DNA of 64,000 bases from an uncultured Actinomycetota bacterium (lineage in GTDB: Bacteria; Actinomycetota; Actinomycetes; Mycobacteriales; Pseudonocardiaceae): positions 25,612-89,611 of the forward strand of contig CAVSTV010000006.1 in the NCBI GenBank assembly GCA_963730945.1. The letters run 5' to 3'. The position numbers and the translations under genes were made by a program. The notes beneath the pieces were generated by a model. It worked only from the letters and a program-made list of their open reading frames with translations, was not told the origin of the DNA and searched no databases. Positions 9,791 through 19,342 of this stretch are shown here, piece after piece; position 1 is the first letter of the stretch; every line of letters starts with the position of its first letter.

Positions 9791-12433
9791 CTACCCAGCC
9801 CGACCGGTCGCGCTACCCATGTCTGACGCCACCTCGCCGGCCTGCAGGGCCCGGGCCCTGGCCACGGCCTCCCGGCGGGTACGGGCGCCGAGCCGGGTCA
9901 GGATGGCCGATACGTGGTGGTCGACGGTGCGCACCGACAACAGCAGCCGCTCGGCGATCTCGGCGTTGGTGGCTCCGGCCACGAGCAGCTCGAGGACGTC
10001 GAGCTGGCGCTGGGTGAGCCCAGCGGGGTTCGGTCGGCTCGCCGACCGCGGGCCGCGCGGCGGGCGGGTCACCCCGAGCTGCCGCAGCCGGCTGCGGACG
10101 AGCTCGGCCGCGGCGGCCGCACCGAGCCCGTCGAGCACCCGCAGCGCCTCCAGGGTGGGCTCCACCTCGCCGGACTCGGCGAGCTCCAGGGCCCGCTCGT
10201 AGGGATCGCCGCGCTCGTGCCAGGCCGCGGCGGCCGCTCGCCAGTCCCCGCGCAGCCCGGCGGCGTACTCCTCGGGGCAGCCCTCGAACGGCTCGGCGGG
10301 CAGCCCGGCCCGGGCCAGGTAGCGCAGCAGCTCGCCGCGCAGCCGGGTCCAGCCCGGCGAACCCATCGACGGCAGCAGCGCCGCAGCCACCTCCCGGGCC
10401 CGCTCGGGTCGCCCGGTCAGCCACGCCCATTCGACCAGCGCCCGGCCCGCGTGGTTCATGCCCAGCGGCGCCCGCTGGGCGCGGGCCCGCCGCCACGCCT
10501 GGGCCAGCAGCTCCTCGGCCTCGGCCCGGCCGCGGCGGGCCAGCAGCCGACCGTGCACGGCCAGCATCGCGGCGTCGAACATGCTGGGGTCGGTTCCCCG
10601 CTGCGCCAGGTCACGCAGACCGGCCTCGGCGGCGTCCCAATCGCCGCGGTGCAACCGGGTGATGTGCTGCTGCAGCTCGCTCAGGAAGCAGTACTGCCAG
10701 AGCCCGTGCTCGGTGGCGAACGCGAGGCCGGTGTCGGCGTTGTCCGCGAAACCGGCCCAGTCGCCGAAGGTGTGGAGCATCTCGCCGAGGTTGACGTAGG
10801 CCCGCGCGGCGGCCTCGTGGCTGTCGCGGGCCAGCGCGACCGCCAGGCCGGCGCGCAGGTCGGCCTCGCCGCCGGCTCGGTCGCCGAGGTCGGCCCGGGA
10901 CAGGCCGAGGTAGTTCAGGCACAGCGACTCCAGCTCGGGCCGGTCCGCCGCGGCGGCGAGCGTCCTGGCCCGCGCCAGGGCCGGTATCGCGGCGGCCGAC
11001 CGGCCGGTGAGCGTCAGCAGCGCGGCCTGGTAGGTCGACGCGGCGGCGAGCGCGGGCGCCGATGCGGTCCCGCTCAGCAGCTCGACCGCTTCGGTGATCA
11101 CCCGCTCGGCCTCGTCGCTGTCGCCGGTCATGAAGATGTGCCGGGACAGCCGCACCATGGCCTCACCGGTGGCGACCGGGTCGTCGAGCCGCGCGTAGCG
11201 CCGCACCGCGTCGCGGCCGGCGGCCACCGCCTCGGCGAAGCGGTGCGCGAGGTAGAGCTCCCAGGAGTGGTCGGCGACGAGCCGGGCGTGCTCGCCGGGG
11301 GGCAGCCGGTCGCCGTAGGGCAGCGCGGCCGCGAGCAGGGCCAGCGCCTGGCGGTGCGAGCCGGCGGTGGCCGCCGCCCGACCGGCCCGCGGGGCGAACT
11401 CCGCCACGGTGTCCCCGTCGTCGGCCTGCACGGCGTGGTGCACGAGCCGCTCCAGGTCAGGGCCGGCGCCGCCGGCGGCACCGGCGCGCAGCGCCCGCAC
11501 CACCTCCTGGTGCAGCGCCCGGCGGCGCAGCCGGGGCAGCGCGCCCTCCACGGCGCGGCGGGCCAGCTCGTGGCGGAACCCGAGCACCGCCCCGCGGACC
11601 TCGACGATCCCGCGCTCCTCGGCCTCGGCCAGCTGGGCCAGCCGGTCGCGCAGCAGCGCCTCGGCGAGCGGGAAGTCGACCGCGTTCGGCACGACCGAGA
11701 GCTGTTCGAGCGCCGCCACGCAGCCGGGGGTGAGCCGGCGCAGCCGCGCGAGCACGGCGTCGGCCACGCTGTCCGGGATCACCCCGGTCGGGACGGCCAG
11801 CGCCTCGGTCACGAAGAAGGGGTTGCCGCCGGTGGCCGCGAACAGCGACGGACCGTCACGGTCGGCCGGACGGGCCAGCTCCGCCACCGCCGCCCCGGAC
11901 AGCGGGGCCAGCCGCAGCCACCGGGTGGGCGGGCCCGCGGCCAGCGCCCCGAGCAGCCGCTGCACCGGGTGCCCGGTCAGCACCGCATCGTCGCGGACGC
12001 TGATCACCAGCACGGCGGGCAGGTCGGCCATCCGCGGCGCCAGGTAGCGCAGCACGTCGAGGGTGGCGTCGTCGGCCCAGTGCACGTCCTCGACGGCGAG
12101 CACGGTCGGCCGCCGCCGCGACAGCTCCTCGACCACCGCGCCGTACACCGCGTCCGGCGGCCCGTCGAGGGCCCGGTCCAGGGGTCCACCGGTGCCACCG
12201 GCGGCGTCGCGCAGCGGGCCGAGCGCGCGCGGGGCGAGCAGGTCGTCACAGTGCCCGGTGAGCACCCGGACCTGCGGGTCCAGCCGGTCGAGGAACGCCC
12301 GGACCAGGCTGGTCTTGCCGATGCCGGGCTCGCCGCTGATCACCGCGATGCCACCGCGGCCGGCCGCGGCCGCGGCGGACATGCCCAGCAGCTCGTCGAG
12401 GTGGTCCTGGCGCTCCAGGAGCCCGGCCGGCAT
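9791..12433 (-). CDS. Second LAL-type ATPase/LuxR regulator, paralogue of 6605-9226
   Basis: GEPGIGKT, AVEDVHWAD, GGNPFFVTE, LTQRQLDVL...SVRTVDHHV. Confidence 0.9.
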   Translation of the reverse strand: MPAGLLERQDHLDELLGMSAAAAAGRGGIAVISGEPGIGKTSLVRAFLDRLDPQVRVLTGHCDDLLAPRALGPLRDAAGGTGGPLDRALDGPPDAVYGAVVEELSRRRPTVLAVEDVHWADDATLDVLRYLAPRMADLPAVLVISVRDDAVLTGHPVQRLLGALAAGPPTRWLRLAPLSGAAVAELARPADRDGPSLFAATGGNPFFVTEALAVPTGVIPDSVADAVLARLRRLTPGCVAALEQLSVVPNAVDFPLAEALLRDRLAQLAEAEERGIVEVRGAVLGFRHELARRAVEGALPRLRRRALHQEVVRALRAGAAGGAGPDLERLVHHAVQADDGDTVAEFAPRAGRAAATAGSHRQALALLAAALPYGDRLPPGEHARLVADHSWELYLAHRFAEAVAAGRDAVRRYARLDDPVATGEAMVRLSRHIFMTGDSDEAERVITEAVELLSGTASAPALAAASTYQAALLTLTGRSAAAIPALARARTLAAAADRPELESLCLNYLGLSRADLGDRAGGEADLRAGLAVALARDSHEAAARAYVNLGEMLHTFGDWAGFADNADTGLAFATEHGLWQYCFLSELQQHITRLHRGDWDAAEAGLRDLAQRGTDPSMFDAAMLAVHGRLLARRGRAEAEELLAQAWRRARAQRAPLGMNHAGRALVEWAWLTGRPERAREVAAALLPSMGSPGWTRLRGELLRYLARAGLPAEPFEGCPEEYAAGLRGDWRAAAAAWHERGDPYERALELAESGEVEPTLEALRVLDGLGAAAAAELVRSRLRQLGVTRPPRGPRSASRPNPAGLTQRQLDVLELLVAGATNAEIAERLLLSVRTVDHHVSAILTRLGARTRREAVARARALQAGEVASDMGSATGRAG

Positions 12434-12511
12434 GAGCCGATCGTCGCACCGGGCACCGCGGACCGGAAGGCATACCGGCCCGGTCGCCGCGGACGCCCGG
12501 CCGTCGGGAGG

Positions 12512-13396
12512 TCAGCGGGCCGGGACGCCCAGGATCCCCCGGGCCTGGGTGATCGTGGCCGGCGCCCGGCCCAGCCGCTCGATCAGCGCGACGGCCGCGT
12601 CCAGCAGCTCGATGTCGGTCGGCACCGCGGGGCCCGCGTAGTCCTCGAGGCCGACCCGGACGTGGCCGCCGCGGCGGATCGCCAGCTCGGCCAGCCCGCA
12701 GCCCACGACGTCACCGCCGAGCACGGCCACCGACCACGGCAGACCTGAGGGCTCCAGCAGTTCGAAGTAGGCCTGCAGGCCGGCCTCGGTGGGCGGCAGC
12801 CCGAACTCGAGCGCGCCGCCGAAGTACAGCTTGACCATCGCTCCGGGCGGCACCCGGCCCGCCCGGTGCAGGGCCAGCGTGGTGCGCAGGAAGCCGGGCT
12901 CGAACACCGAGATGCTGGGCGCCGCGCCCAGCTCGCCGCTGCGGGCGAACATGTACTCGATGTCGGCGTAGGAGTTCACGTACGGCCCGGCCATGGCCTC
13001 GGCCGGTGCCGTTCCCGCGATGGTCAGCCCCACGTTGACCGATCCCGGGTCGACCAGGGTCATGCCGCCGAGGCCGCGCCGGGCCAGCTCCTCGACGTGC
13101 CGCCACCGGGTCTGCACCGTGATGCCGCGGGCCCCCGCGGCCATCGTCGGGTAGAGCAGGGCGTCCGGGTGCCGGTCGAGCACCGGCGTCCACGCGGCCA
13201 GGTACGGCTCGACGGCGTGCACCCCGTCGGGGGTGAACATCGGCTCGTCGTTGTGGTTGTGCACGATCGACGCGCCGCGCTCGATCGCGGCCAGGGCGAC
13301 CTCGGCGATCTCGTCCGGGCGGCGCGGCACGTGCGGGTTCACCGAGCGCGGCGTCGACCCGTTCACCGCGAGCTCGACGATGACCGGCGCGCTCAT
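12512..13396 (-). CDS. Beta-keto acid cleavage enzyme (BKACE/DUF849, 3-keto-5-aminohexanoate cleavage family)
   Basis: VELAVNG, VHNH metal motif, GGHVRVGLED; ATG overlaps the RraA stop. Confidence 0.85.
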   Translation of the reverse strand: MSAPVIVELAVNGSTPRSVNPHVPRRPDEIAEVALAAIERGASIVHNHNDEPMFTPDGVHAVEPYLAAWTPVLDRHPDALLYPTMAAGARGITVQTRWRHVEELARRGLGGMTLVDPGSVNVGLTIAGTAPAEAMAGPYVNSYADIEYMFARSGELGAAPSISVFEPGFLRTTLALHRAGRVPPGAMVKLYFGGALEFGLPPTEAGLQAYFELLEPSGLPWSVAVLGGDVVGCGLAELAIRRGGHVRVGLEDYAGPAVPTDIELLDAAVALIERLGRAPATITQARGILGVPAR

Positions 13397-14100
13397 CCCC
13401 CGTCCGCGCCGGCGATCGGGTGCTGCTGCTCGGCGAGCAGGGCGTCGATCCCGGTGGCCGCGGGCAGGCGCTGTCCGGCCGCGATGGCCGCCCGCCACCC
13501 GGTCTCCCGGTCGGCCACCACGCCGGTCAGCTCGACCACCGGACCGACCTGCTCCCGCGGGACGACGACGATCCCGCTGGAGTCCGCGCGGACCACGTCA
13601 CCGGGGTGCACCATGACGCCGCCGACCTGCACCGCCACGTTGATCGCGCCCGGGCCCTGGTTGGAGCCGGTGGCCGGGTGGGCGTTGCGCGCGAACGTCG
13701 GCAGGCCGGCCTCGTCGATACCGTCGAGGTCCCGCACCGCGCCGTCGACCACGAGCCCGACGCAGCCGAGGTCGGAGATCGTCGCCCCGACGATGTCGCC
13801 GATGACCGCGGCGTCCTGGCGCCCGCCGCCGTCGACCACCAGCACGTCCCCGGACTCGATCATGTCCGATGCCTTGAGCACGTACAGGATGTCGCCGGGC
13901 CGGGTCCACACGGTGACGGCCGGGCCGCACATCTCGCGGCCACCGGCGAGCCGGGAGATCCCGGGCGCCACCACGCCGACCGGCGCGCCCGAGTCGGCGA
14001 TCTGCGTGGTCGAGAACCGCGCCAGCGCGGCCACCGCGGCCGCATCCGGCCGCTCGACCTTCTCGTTGATCACGTTCTGCTGCGGGTGCGACTTGCTCAT
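13393..14100 (-). CDS. RraA-family protein / HMG aldolase-like
   Basis: MCGPAVTV, GDVLVVDGGG, AVIGDI, GLVVDGAVRD, VHPGDVVRADSSGIVVVP. Confidence 0.85.
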   Translation of the reverse strand: MSKSHPQQNVINEKVERPDAAAVAALARFSTTQIADSGAPVGVVAPGISRLAGGREMCGPAVTVWTRPGDILYVLKASDMIESGDVLVVDGGGRQDAAVIGDIVGATISDLGCVGLVVDGAVRDLDGIDEAGLPTFARNAHPATGSNQGPGAINVAVQVGGVMVHPGDVVRADSSGIVVVPREQVGPVVELTGVVADRETGWRAAIAAGQRLPAATGIDALLAEQQHPIAGADGG

Positions 14101-14807
14101 GGCCCCTCCCGGCTCCCGATGGCCTCGATCAACCCGGCCGGCGTGTGCGGGACGGGGGGTTCGGCAACGCCGACGATGAAGTTGTGCTGCGCGGACCGGA
14201 CGTCGGCCGACCACCCCGACGCCGTGAGGTCGCTCGCGAGCACCCCCGCGTCGTGGAACACCTTCACGATCCGGAAGCCGCGGCCGTCGTCGAGCCGCCG
14301 CAGCGCCGCGGGGGCGGGCTGGTCGGCGAGAAGCTGGTCGTTGACGGCCTCGGCGGGCCCGTCGTCGACGAAGATCGCCTTTCCGCCGGGGGCGAGCGTG
14401 TCCGCGACGGCGTTCCAGAAGGCGGGCAACCGGGCCGGTGGGACGTGCGAGAGCCAGAAGGCGAAGAACACCGTGTCGTAGCGGCGCGGCGGTTGCCACT
14501 CGAACACGTTCGCCCGCACGAACTCGACATCGGCGCAGGCGGGGCGCGCGCGAGCGATGGCCAGCGCCTCGGGTGCGGTGTCGAGCGCTGTCACCGAACG
14601 TGCCCGCGGGGCCAGCACCGCGGTCCACTGGCCCGTCCCGCAGGCCAGCTCCAGCACGTCGCCGGCGATCGGGAGCTCGTCGGCGCCGGCCAGCAGCGCT
14701 CGCAGGTCGGCCCGCTCGGCGTAGACCCGGTCGTACTCGGTGGCCCGGGCCCGGTAGTACTCGACCTGCTCGGCCAGCAGGTCGTGGTCGGGACGCACGA
14801 TCCGCAC
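14097..14807 (-). CDS. Class I SAM-dependent methyltransferase
   Basis: EQVEYYRARATEYD, VLELACGTGQWT, YDTVFFAFWLSHVP. Confidence 0.85.
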   Translation of the reverse strand: MRIVRPDHDLLAEQVEYYRARATEYDRVYAERADLRALLAGADELPIAGDVLELACGTGQWTAVLAPRARSVTALDTAPEALAIARARPACADVEFVRANVFEWQPPRRYDTVFFAFWLSHVPPARLPAFWNAVADTLAPGGKAIFVDDGPAEAVNDQLLADQPAPAALRRLDDGRGFRIVKVFHDAGVLASDLTASGWSADVRSAQHNFIVGVAEPPVPHTPAGLIEAIGSREGP

Positions 14808-14860
14808 CGTACCCGGCGTTCAGCCGAGCGCGCCGTGGGCATGATCAGCGTTTGCGACGA

Positions 14861-15157
14861 TCAACCGGCATCAAGCCGGCGGCCCGCCGTCGTTCCGCTC
14901 CGGGACTCGAGGTCCGACAGCCCCGAAACCAGGTCCTGGATATCGGGCAACAACGACCCGCGCTCCGCGCGTGTCCTACGCAGTCGCCGGCGATAGACGG
15001 TGAGGACCCCCGACGTGGCCATCTCGGAGACCTCGACCAGACGGTCGGGCTGTTCGCCCCGCAGCAGGTCCGCCGCCCGCCCGGCAGCGGGCGCGCCGGA
15101 TGAATCCAGTAGCCGCCGGATCTCCGCTACGGACAGGACTTGTCCGGACGAGGTCAC
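14861..15157 (-). CDS. Hypothetical protein or gene fragment in a lower-GC patch
   Basis: 98-aa ORF with protein-like composition; no family recognised. Confidence 0.25.
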   Translation of the reverse strand: MTSSGQVLSVAEIRRLLDSSGAPAAGRAADLLRGEQPDRLVEVSEMATSGVLTVYRRRLRRTRAERGSLLPDIQDLVSGLSDLESRSGTTAGRRLDAG

Positions 15158-15278
15158 GCCATCACGCCTCGAGTCGAACGGGCCTGAAGAGGTCAGCTGT
15201 GCCCATCTCGGTCCCTACCATGCCAAACCTCCCGATGTCGCTCGTCACCGTCGGGTCCGCCGAGCAACCGTGACGCCG

Positions 15279-15809
15279 TCAGGGAGACAGCGGGTCCACC
15301 ATGACCGTCGATCGGTAGCACGGTTCGAACTCCGCAGTCCATCCGGCGATTCCCGCCCCTGATCGTCTCCTCGTCGTCGAAGTCCGGCGGTGCATCGTCG
15401 CCGCCCGGCACATCTCCGACATACAGTTCGGCGGAGCGAGCCCGCAAGCCGAGGACGCTACGATTCCCCATCAGCGCGTGCAGGGTCCAGCTGGTTCTGT
15501 CGATGGCCGGTATCCACTGTTCGACTCTTCTGTGCAGCGGACTCCGCGTGTCACCCGACGACCGGGAGAAATCCATGACCTCCTGCGCAACCAGTATCGC
15601 GGTGTTCCCTTCCTGGATGTTGAGCGCGCCCTTGCAGTCGAAGAGCAGCCGGGCTTCAGACCATAGGGGACTCAATTGCACGTCCAGAACGGCACATCCT
15701 CGAGAGCACCCTGCTCGCGAAGCCCGTCGACTTCCACCGATTCGAGCACCAGAGAACGACGTCGGTCACGCAGGAACTGGTCAATTATCAAGGTCCGTAC
15801 CCTCACCGC
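15279..15809 (-). pseudogene. Degraded actinobacterial hypothetical protein (possibly immunity-like) with two frameshifts
   Basis: Rejoined reading ...LREQGALEDVPF/LDVQLSPLWSEARLLFDCKGALNIQEGNTAILVA...YVGDVPGGDDAPPDFDDEETIR/AGIAGWTAEFEP...DPLSP*; shifts near 15690 and 15358; visibly lower GC. Confidence 0.5.
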
Positions 15810-16168
15810 TCCATGACGTAGCAATGACGACGGCTCGGCCGACGGCTTGCCCACCATCGATACACGGTCCCATTCCGGTACGCGGGCAACCCGCCGGGGG
15901 GACCGGCTGGGCCGCACGCGGCGTCTGCCGATCGTTGCGAGCGGCACCTGAATCGCCCGAGCCCGTCGCTGGTGTGCCCTTCGCCGCGATCATCGCGGAC
16001 CTGAGGGCCTCTGCAGAAAGATCACAGTGACGACCTGCTGGTACCGGCCAAGTCCGTGGCGCGCTGAACCGAACCCGCGCGGGCTCCGTGTCCGAGATGA
16101 GGCCGGTGCGCTCGCCAGCACCGGGTAGTCGGTCAGCCCGGTCCGACCGGGCGTTGGGGGTAACGAGC

Positions 16169-16498
16169 ATGAGCGTGGACATGGGCTACCAGACCGGCGG
16201 CCTGCGCCAGGGCGGTAACCAGGCGGCGGGCGCCGGGCAGACCGCAGCCGGCGCGGCCGGGATCTTGCGCGGGGTCAACTGCCCGTCGGCGTCGTTGGGG
16301 GTGGTGGCCGGGGCCGACGCGCTGGCCGCGGCGGTGGCCCGGGCCCGCGACGCGCACGCCGCGCTGGGCGACCGGGTGCACGCCGATCACGAACAGCTCG
16401 ACGCCCGCGCCGGGCAGGCAGCCGGCGACGGTGAGGGGCTGACCACGGGCACGACGGCGATCGCCCACACCGGTGCCCCGGGCGCGACGGCCCGGTGA
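16169..16498 (+). CDS. Small Ala/Gly-rich helical protein resembling type VII secretion-associated (EspC/WXG100-like) proteins
   Basis: 109 aa MSVDMGYQTGGLRQGG...LAAAVARARDAH...; stop overlaps the next GTG (GTGA); family resemblance is by recollection only. Confidence 0.4.
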   Translation: MSVDMGYQTGGLRQGGNQAAGAGQTAAGAAGILRGVNCPSASLGVVAGADALAAAVARARDAHAALGDRVHADHEQLDARAGQAAGDGEGLTTGTTAIAHTGAPGATAR

Positions 16499-16692
16499 CC
16501 GCTCCGGCCGGGACCGTCGACCTGTCGTTGCCGGACCACCCGACGCTGGTCGCCGTCGGCATGCTCGAACACTTCAGCGAGAACGTCTGGAAACGCAGAT
16601 CATGGATCGCGCAATGGAGTCGACCCCGATCGACGTCGAATGCTACCGGCCGGCGTGCTCGAGGAATCGGCGACCGATCGTCTCGGCGGTAG
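16495..16692 (+). pseudogene. Truncated N-terminus of a translationally coupled downstream gene, running into unrelated sequence near 16560
   Basis: MTAPAGTVDLSLPDHPTLVAVG in high-GC codons, then an abrupt composition change. Confidence 0.35.
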
Positions 16693-16701
16693 GCTCACGT
16701 G

Positions 16702-17226
16702 ATGCGACCTCTTCGGTATTCCATCAATGTCACATTGGACGGGTGCTGTGATCATCGTGCCGTGCTCGCGGACGAAGACCTGCATCGTCACGCGGTGGAA
16801 AACCTCGCCCGGGCCGATGCCCTCCTCTTCGGCCGAGTGACGTACGAAATGATGGAGGCGGCGTTCCGGCCGCCGACGACGGAACCCTTTGCCCAGGCGA
16901 TCGACGCGGCAAAGAAGTACGTCGTGTCGAGCACCCTGGACCGGGTCGATTGGAACGCGGAGCTCGTGCGCGGGGATCTGGGGAAGGCCGTTGCGCAGCT
17001 GAAGCGGGAGTCGGGAAAGGGGCTGTTCGCGGGAGGCGTGAAGCTCCCGCTGGCGCTGGCGGAGCTGGGACTGATCGATGAGTACGAGTTCGTGGTGCAT
17101 CCCAGGTTGGTGGGCCACGGGCCGACGTTGTTCGCGGGGCTGACGAAGTACGTCGACCTGAAGCTCGTGGGCCGGCTGGAGTTGGACTCGGGGGCGGTGG
17201 CGCTGCGGTACGAGCCGAGAAGCTAG
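16702..17226 (+). CDS. Dihydrofolate reductase-family (RibD C-terminal domain) protein
   Basis: INVTLDG, LLFGRVTYEMM, KYVVSSTL, GLIDEYEFVVHPRLVGHGPTLF. Confidence 0.9.
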   Translation: MRPLRYSINVTLDGCCDHRAVLADEDLHRHAVENLARADALLFGRVTYEMMEAAFRPPTTEPFAQAIDAAKKYVVSSTLDRVDWNAELVRGDLGKAVAQLKRESGKGLFAGGVKLPLALAELGLIDEYEFVVHPRLVGHGPTLFAGLTKYVDLKLVGRLELDSGAVALRYEPRS

Positions 17227-17289
17227 TCGTGGAGCGACTCGAGCAGGCCGCTCCCCATGGCTCGACTCCAGCTGATGCCCGCCCGCTGC

Positions 17290-18606
17290 TCAGCCGCGCA
17301 CCCGGGCTGACACTGCGCGCACCGCCGCCGTCGCCGTCCGCCGGTCCACCCGGGTCGGCTCACCGTCGGCCACGACCTGCTCCCCGGCCACCCACACATC
17401 CCGCACCGTTCGCGAACCGCCCGCCCACACCAGGTTGGACAGCAGCTGCGCGTCGTCCTCCGGCGCCACGAACGCGGGGAGGTCGAGATCCACGTGCACC
17501 AGGTCGGCCCAGCGCCCCGGCTCGAGCGCGCCGAGGTCGTCGCGCCCGATGGCGGCCGCACCGTCCCGGGTGGCCATCAGCAGCAGCTCCGCGGCGGTCA
17601 GCGCGGCGGCGTCACCGCTGCTGACCCGAGCCAGCAGCCCGGCCAGCCGGGCCTCCGCCCACAGGTCGAGATCGTCGCCCGACGCCGGCCCGTCGGTGCC
17701 CAGCCCGACCCGCACGCCGGCCCGGCGCAGCGCGCCGACCCGGGCGATCCCGGCGGCCAGCTTGGCGTTCGACCCCGGGCAGTGCGCCACGGCGGCGCCG
17801 CTGGCGGCCAGCAACGCCACGTCCGCATCGGACAGGTGCACCGCGTGCGCGGCCAGCAGCCGGCCGTCGAGCAGCCCCAGCCGGTCCAGCAGCGCCGGCA
17901 CCGAGCCGTGCTCGGCCCGCTGCACGGCATCCTCGGCGGCCGACTCGGCCACGTGGATGTGCACCAGCGCACCGCGTTCCCGGGCGTGCGCGCCGATCGA
18001 CTCCAGCGCGTGCACCGGCAGCGTGTACGCCGAGTGCGGTCCGTAGCCCAGCTCGATCCGCGCACCCGGCCCGGAGCGCAGCCCGACCGCGTCGATGCGG
18101 GCCGAGATGTCGTCGCGCATCTGCTCCCAGCTGCCCAGCCGTTCCCACCCGGGCGCGGCGATGATCCCCGGCGTCAACAGCACCCGGGAGCCGACCGCGG
18201 TCACCGCGTCCAGCACCGCATCGGTGAAGAAGTACATCTCCACGCTGGTGGTGCAGCCGGTGCGCAACAGCTCCACGCAGCCCGCGGTCATCGCCGCGTG
18301 CACGTCGACGCCGGTCAACCGGCCCTCGGCCGGCCACATCACCTCGTGCAGCCAGCGCAGCAGCGGCAGGTCGCCACCGAGGCCGCGCAGCGGGGTCATC
18401 GGGGTGTGTGCGTGCGTGTTGACCAGTCCCGGCAACAGCGCCCCCGGCAGCGCCCGCACCGGGGCGTCGGTGGCCGGCGCCCCGGCACGCGGGCCGACGT
18501 GACCGATCCGGCCCGCCGCGTCCACGTCCACCACCGCGTCCCGCAGCACCGTGCAGCCCGGGTCGCAGGGCAGCACGACCGGGGCGGACAGCCGGACCGC
18601 GGGCAT
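17290..18606 (-). CDS. Amidohydrolase, MTA/SAH deaminase (MtaD/TrzA-like) family
   Basis: LVNTHAH, GPHSAY, HIHVAES, AAHAVH, HCPGSNAKL, GLGTDGPAS. Confidence 0.9.
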   Translation of the reverse strand: MPAVRLSAPVVLPCDPGCTVLRDAVVDVDAAGRIGHVGPRAGAPATDAPVRALPGALLPGLVNTHAHTPMTPLRGLGGDLPLLRWLHEVMWPAEGRLTGVDVHAAMTAGCVELLRTGCTTSVEMYFFTDAVLDAVTAVGSRVLLTPGIIAAPGWERLGSWEQMRDDISARIDAVGLRSGPGARIELGYGPHSAYTLPVHALESIGAHARERGALVHIHVAESAAEDAVQRAEHGSVPALLDRLGLLDGRLLAAHAVHLSDADVALLAASGAAVAHCPGSNAKLAAGIARVGALRRAGVRVGLGTDGPASGDDLDLWAEARLAGLLARVSSGDAAALTAAELLLMATRDGAAAIGRDDLGALEPGRWADLVHVDLDLPAFVAPEDDAQLLSNLVWAGGSRTVRDVWVAGEQVVADGEPTRVDRRTATAAVRAVSARVRG

Positions 18607-18610
18607 CGTC

Positions 18611-19276
18611 CTAGCGCCGCGGCTCGAGCAGCGAGCGCAACGAGCGGAACGGCGGCAGCCAGGCGCCGGTGTCGGGCAGCGTGTCCAGGGTGATCCGGGG
18701 CAGCGGTTCTCGGAAGACGCCCTCGATGTCCTCCAGGTCGATGAACTCGATCACCTCGGAGGCCAGCGCGAAGCTGGCGTGCTCGCGGAAACCGATGACG
18801 GTGATCGCGGTGCCGGCCCGTTCGAGCTCCTCCAGCGGCTCCCGGAACGCCCGACCGTCGCCGGAGGCGACCACCACCCGGGTCAGCTTGCCCTCGCCCG
18901 CACGCAGCTGGATGTGGGCCAGCATGTCGTCGTCGATATCGGAGTCTTCGGTCGTCTTGGGTTTGGCGAAGACGGCGAAGCCGACGTTGCGCAGCGCCTC
19001 CACCCACGGCCGCACCACCTCGGTGCTGCCCGGCACGACGTTGGTGAACACGGTGGCCTCGGCCACTGCGTCGACCCCGGCGAGATCCAGCAACCAGCGT
19101 CCGACCGCATCGAACCGCGGCCGGAACGCCGAGGTCGGGCGCGCGCCCAGCAGCGAGCCGAGGCTCATGTCCATGTTCGGGGCGTCCCAGACCAGCAGCA
19201 CGCGCGCGCTCGGACCGGTCGGTGCGACGGTGGGAAAGGCCGTACCCGGCGTGGCGGTGCTCAGCGGCGCGATCAT
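18611..19276 (-). CDS. NYN domain protein (Rv0207c-like)
   Basis: LVWDAPNMD, DIDDDML, VASGDGRAF; lies near trmB as in mycobacteria. Confidence 0.85.
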   Translation of the reverse strand: MIAPLSTATPGTAFPTVAPTGPSARVLLVWDAPNMDMSLGSLLGARPTSAFRPRFDAVGRWLLDLAGVDAVAEATVFTNVVPGSTEVVRPWVEALRNVGFAVFAKPKTTEDSDIDDDMLAHIQLRAGEGKLTRVVVASGDGRAFREPLEELERAGTAITVIGFREHASFALASEVIEFIDLEDIEGVFREPLPRITLDTLPDTGAWLPPFRSLRSLLEPRR

Positions 19277-19342
19277 GACATCGGTGCCGGCGGCCGGTTC
19301 GGGATCATGTCATCGACCCTATCCGGATATCGTGACGACTTG

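Noticed and set aside
6695-12748. Very long plus-strand ORFs (881 and 944 aa) and similar ones such as 25306-28200 and 2453-3676
   Set aside because: Antisense or alternate-frame shadows of clearly identified genes; stop codons are rare at this GC content and the translations are Arg/Gly/Pro-rich without motifs.
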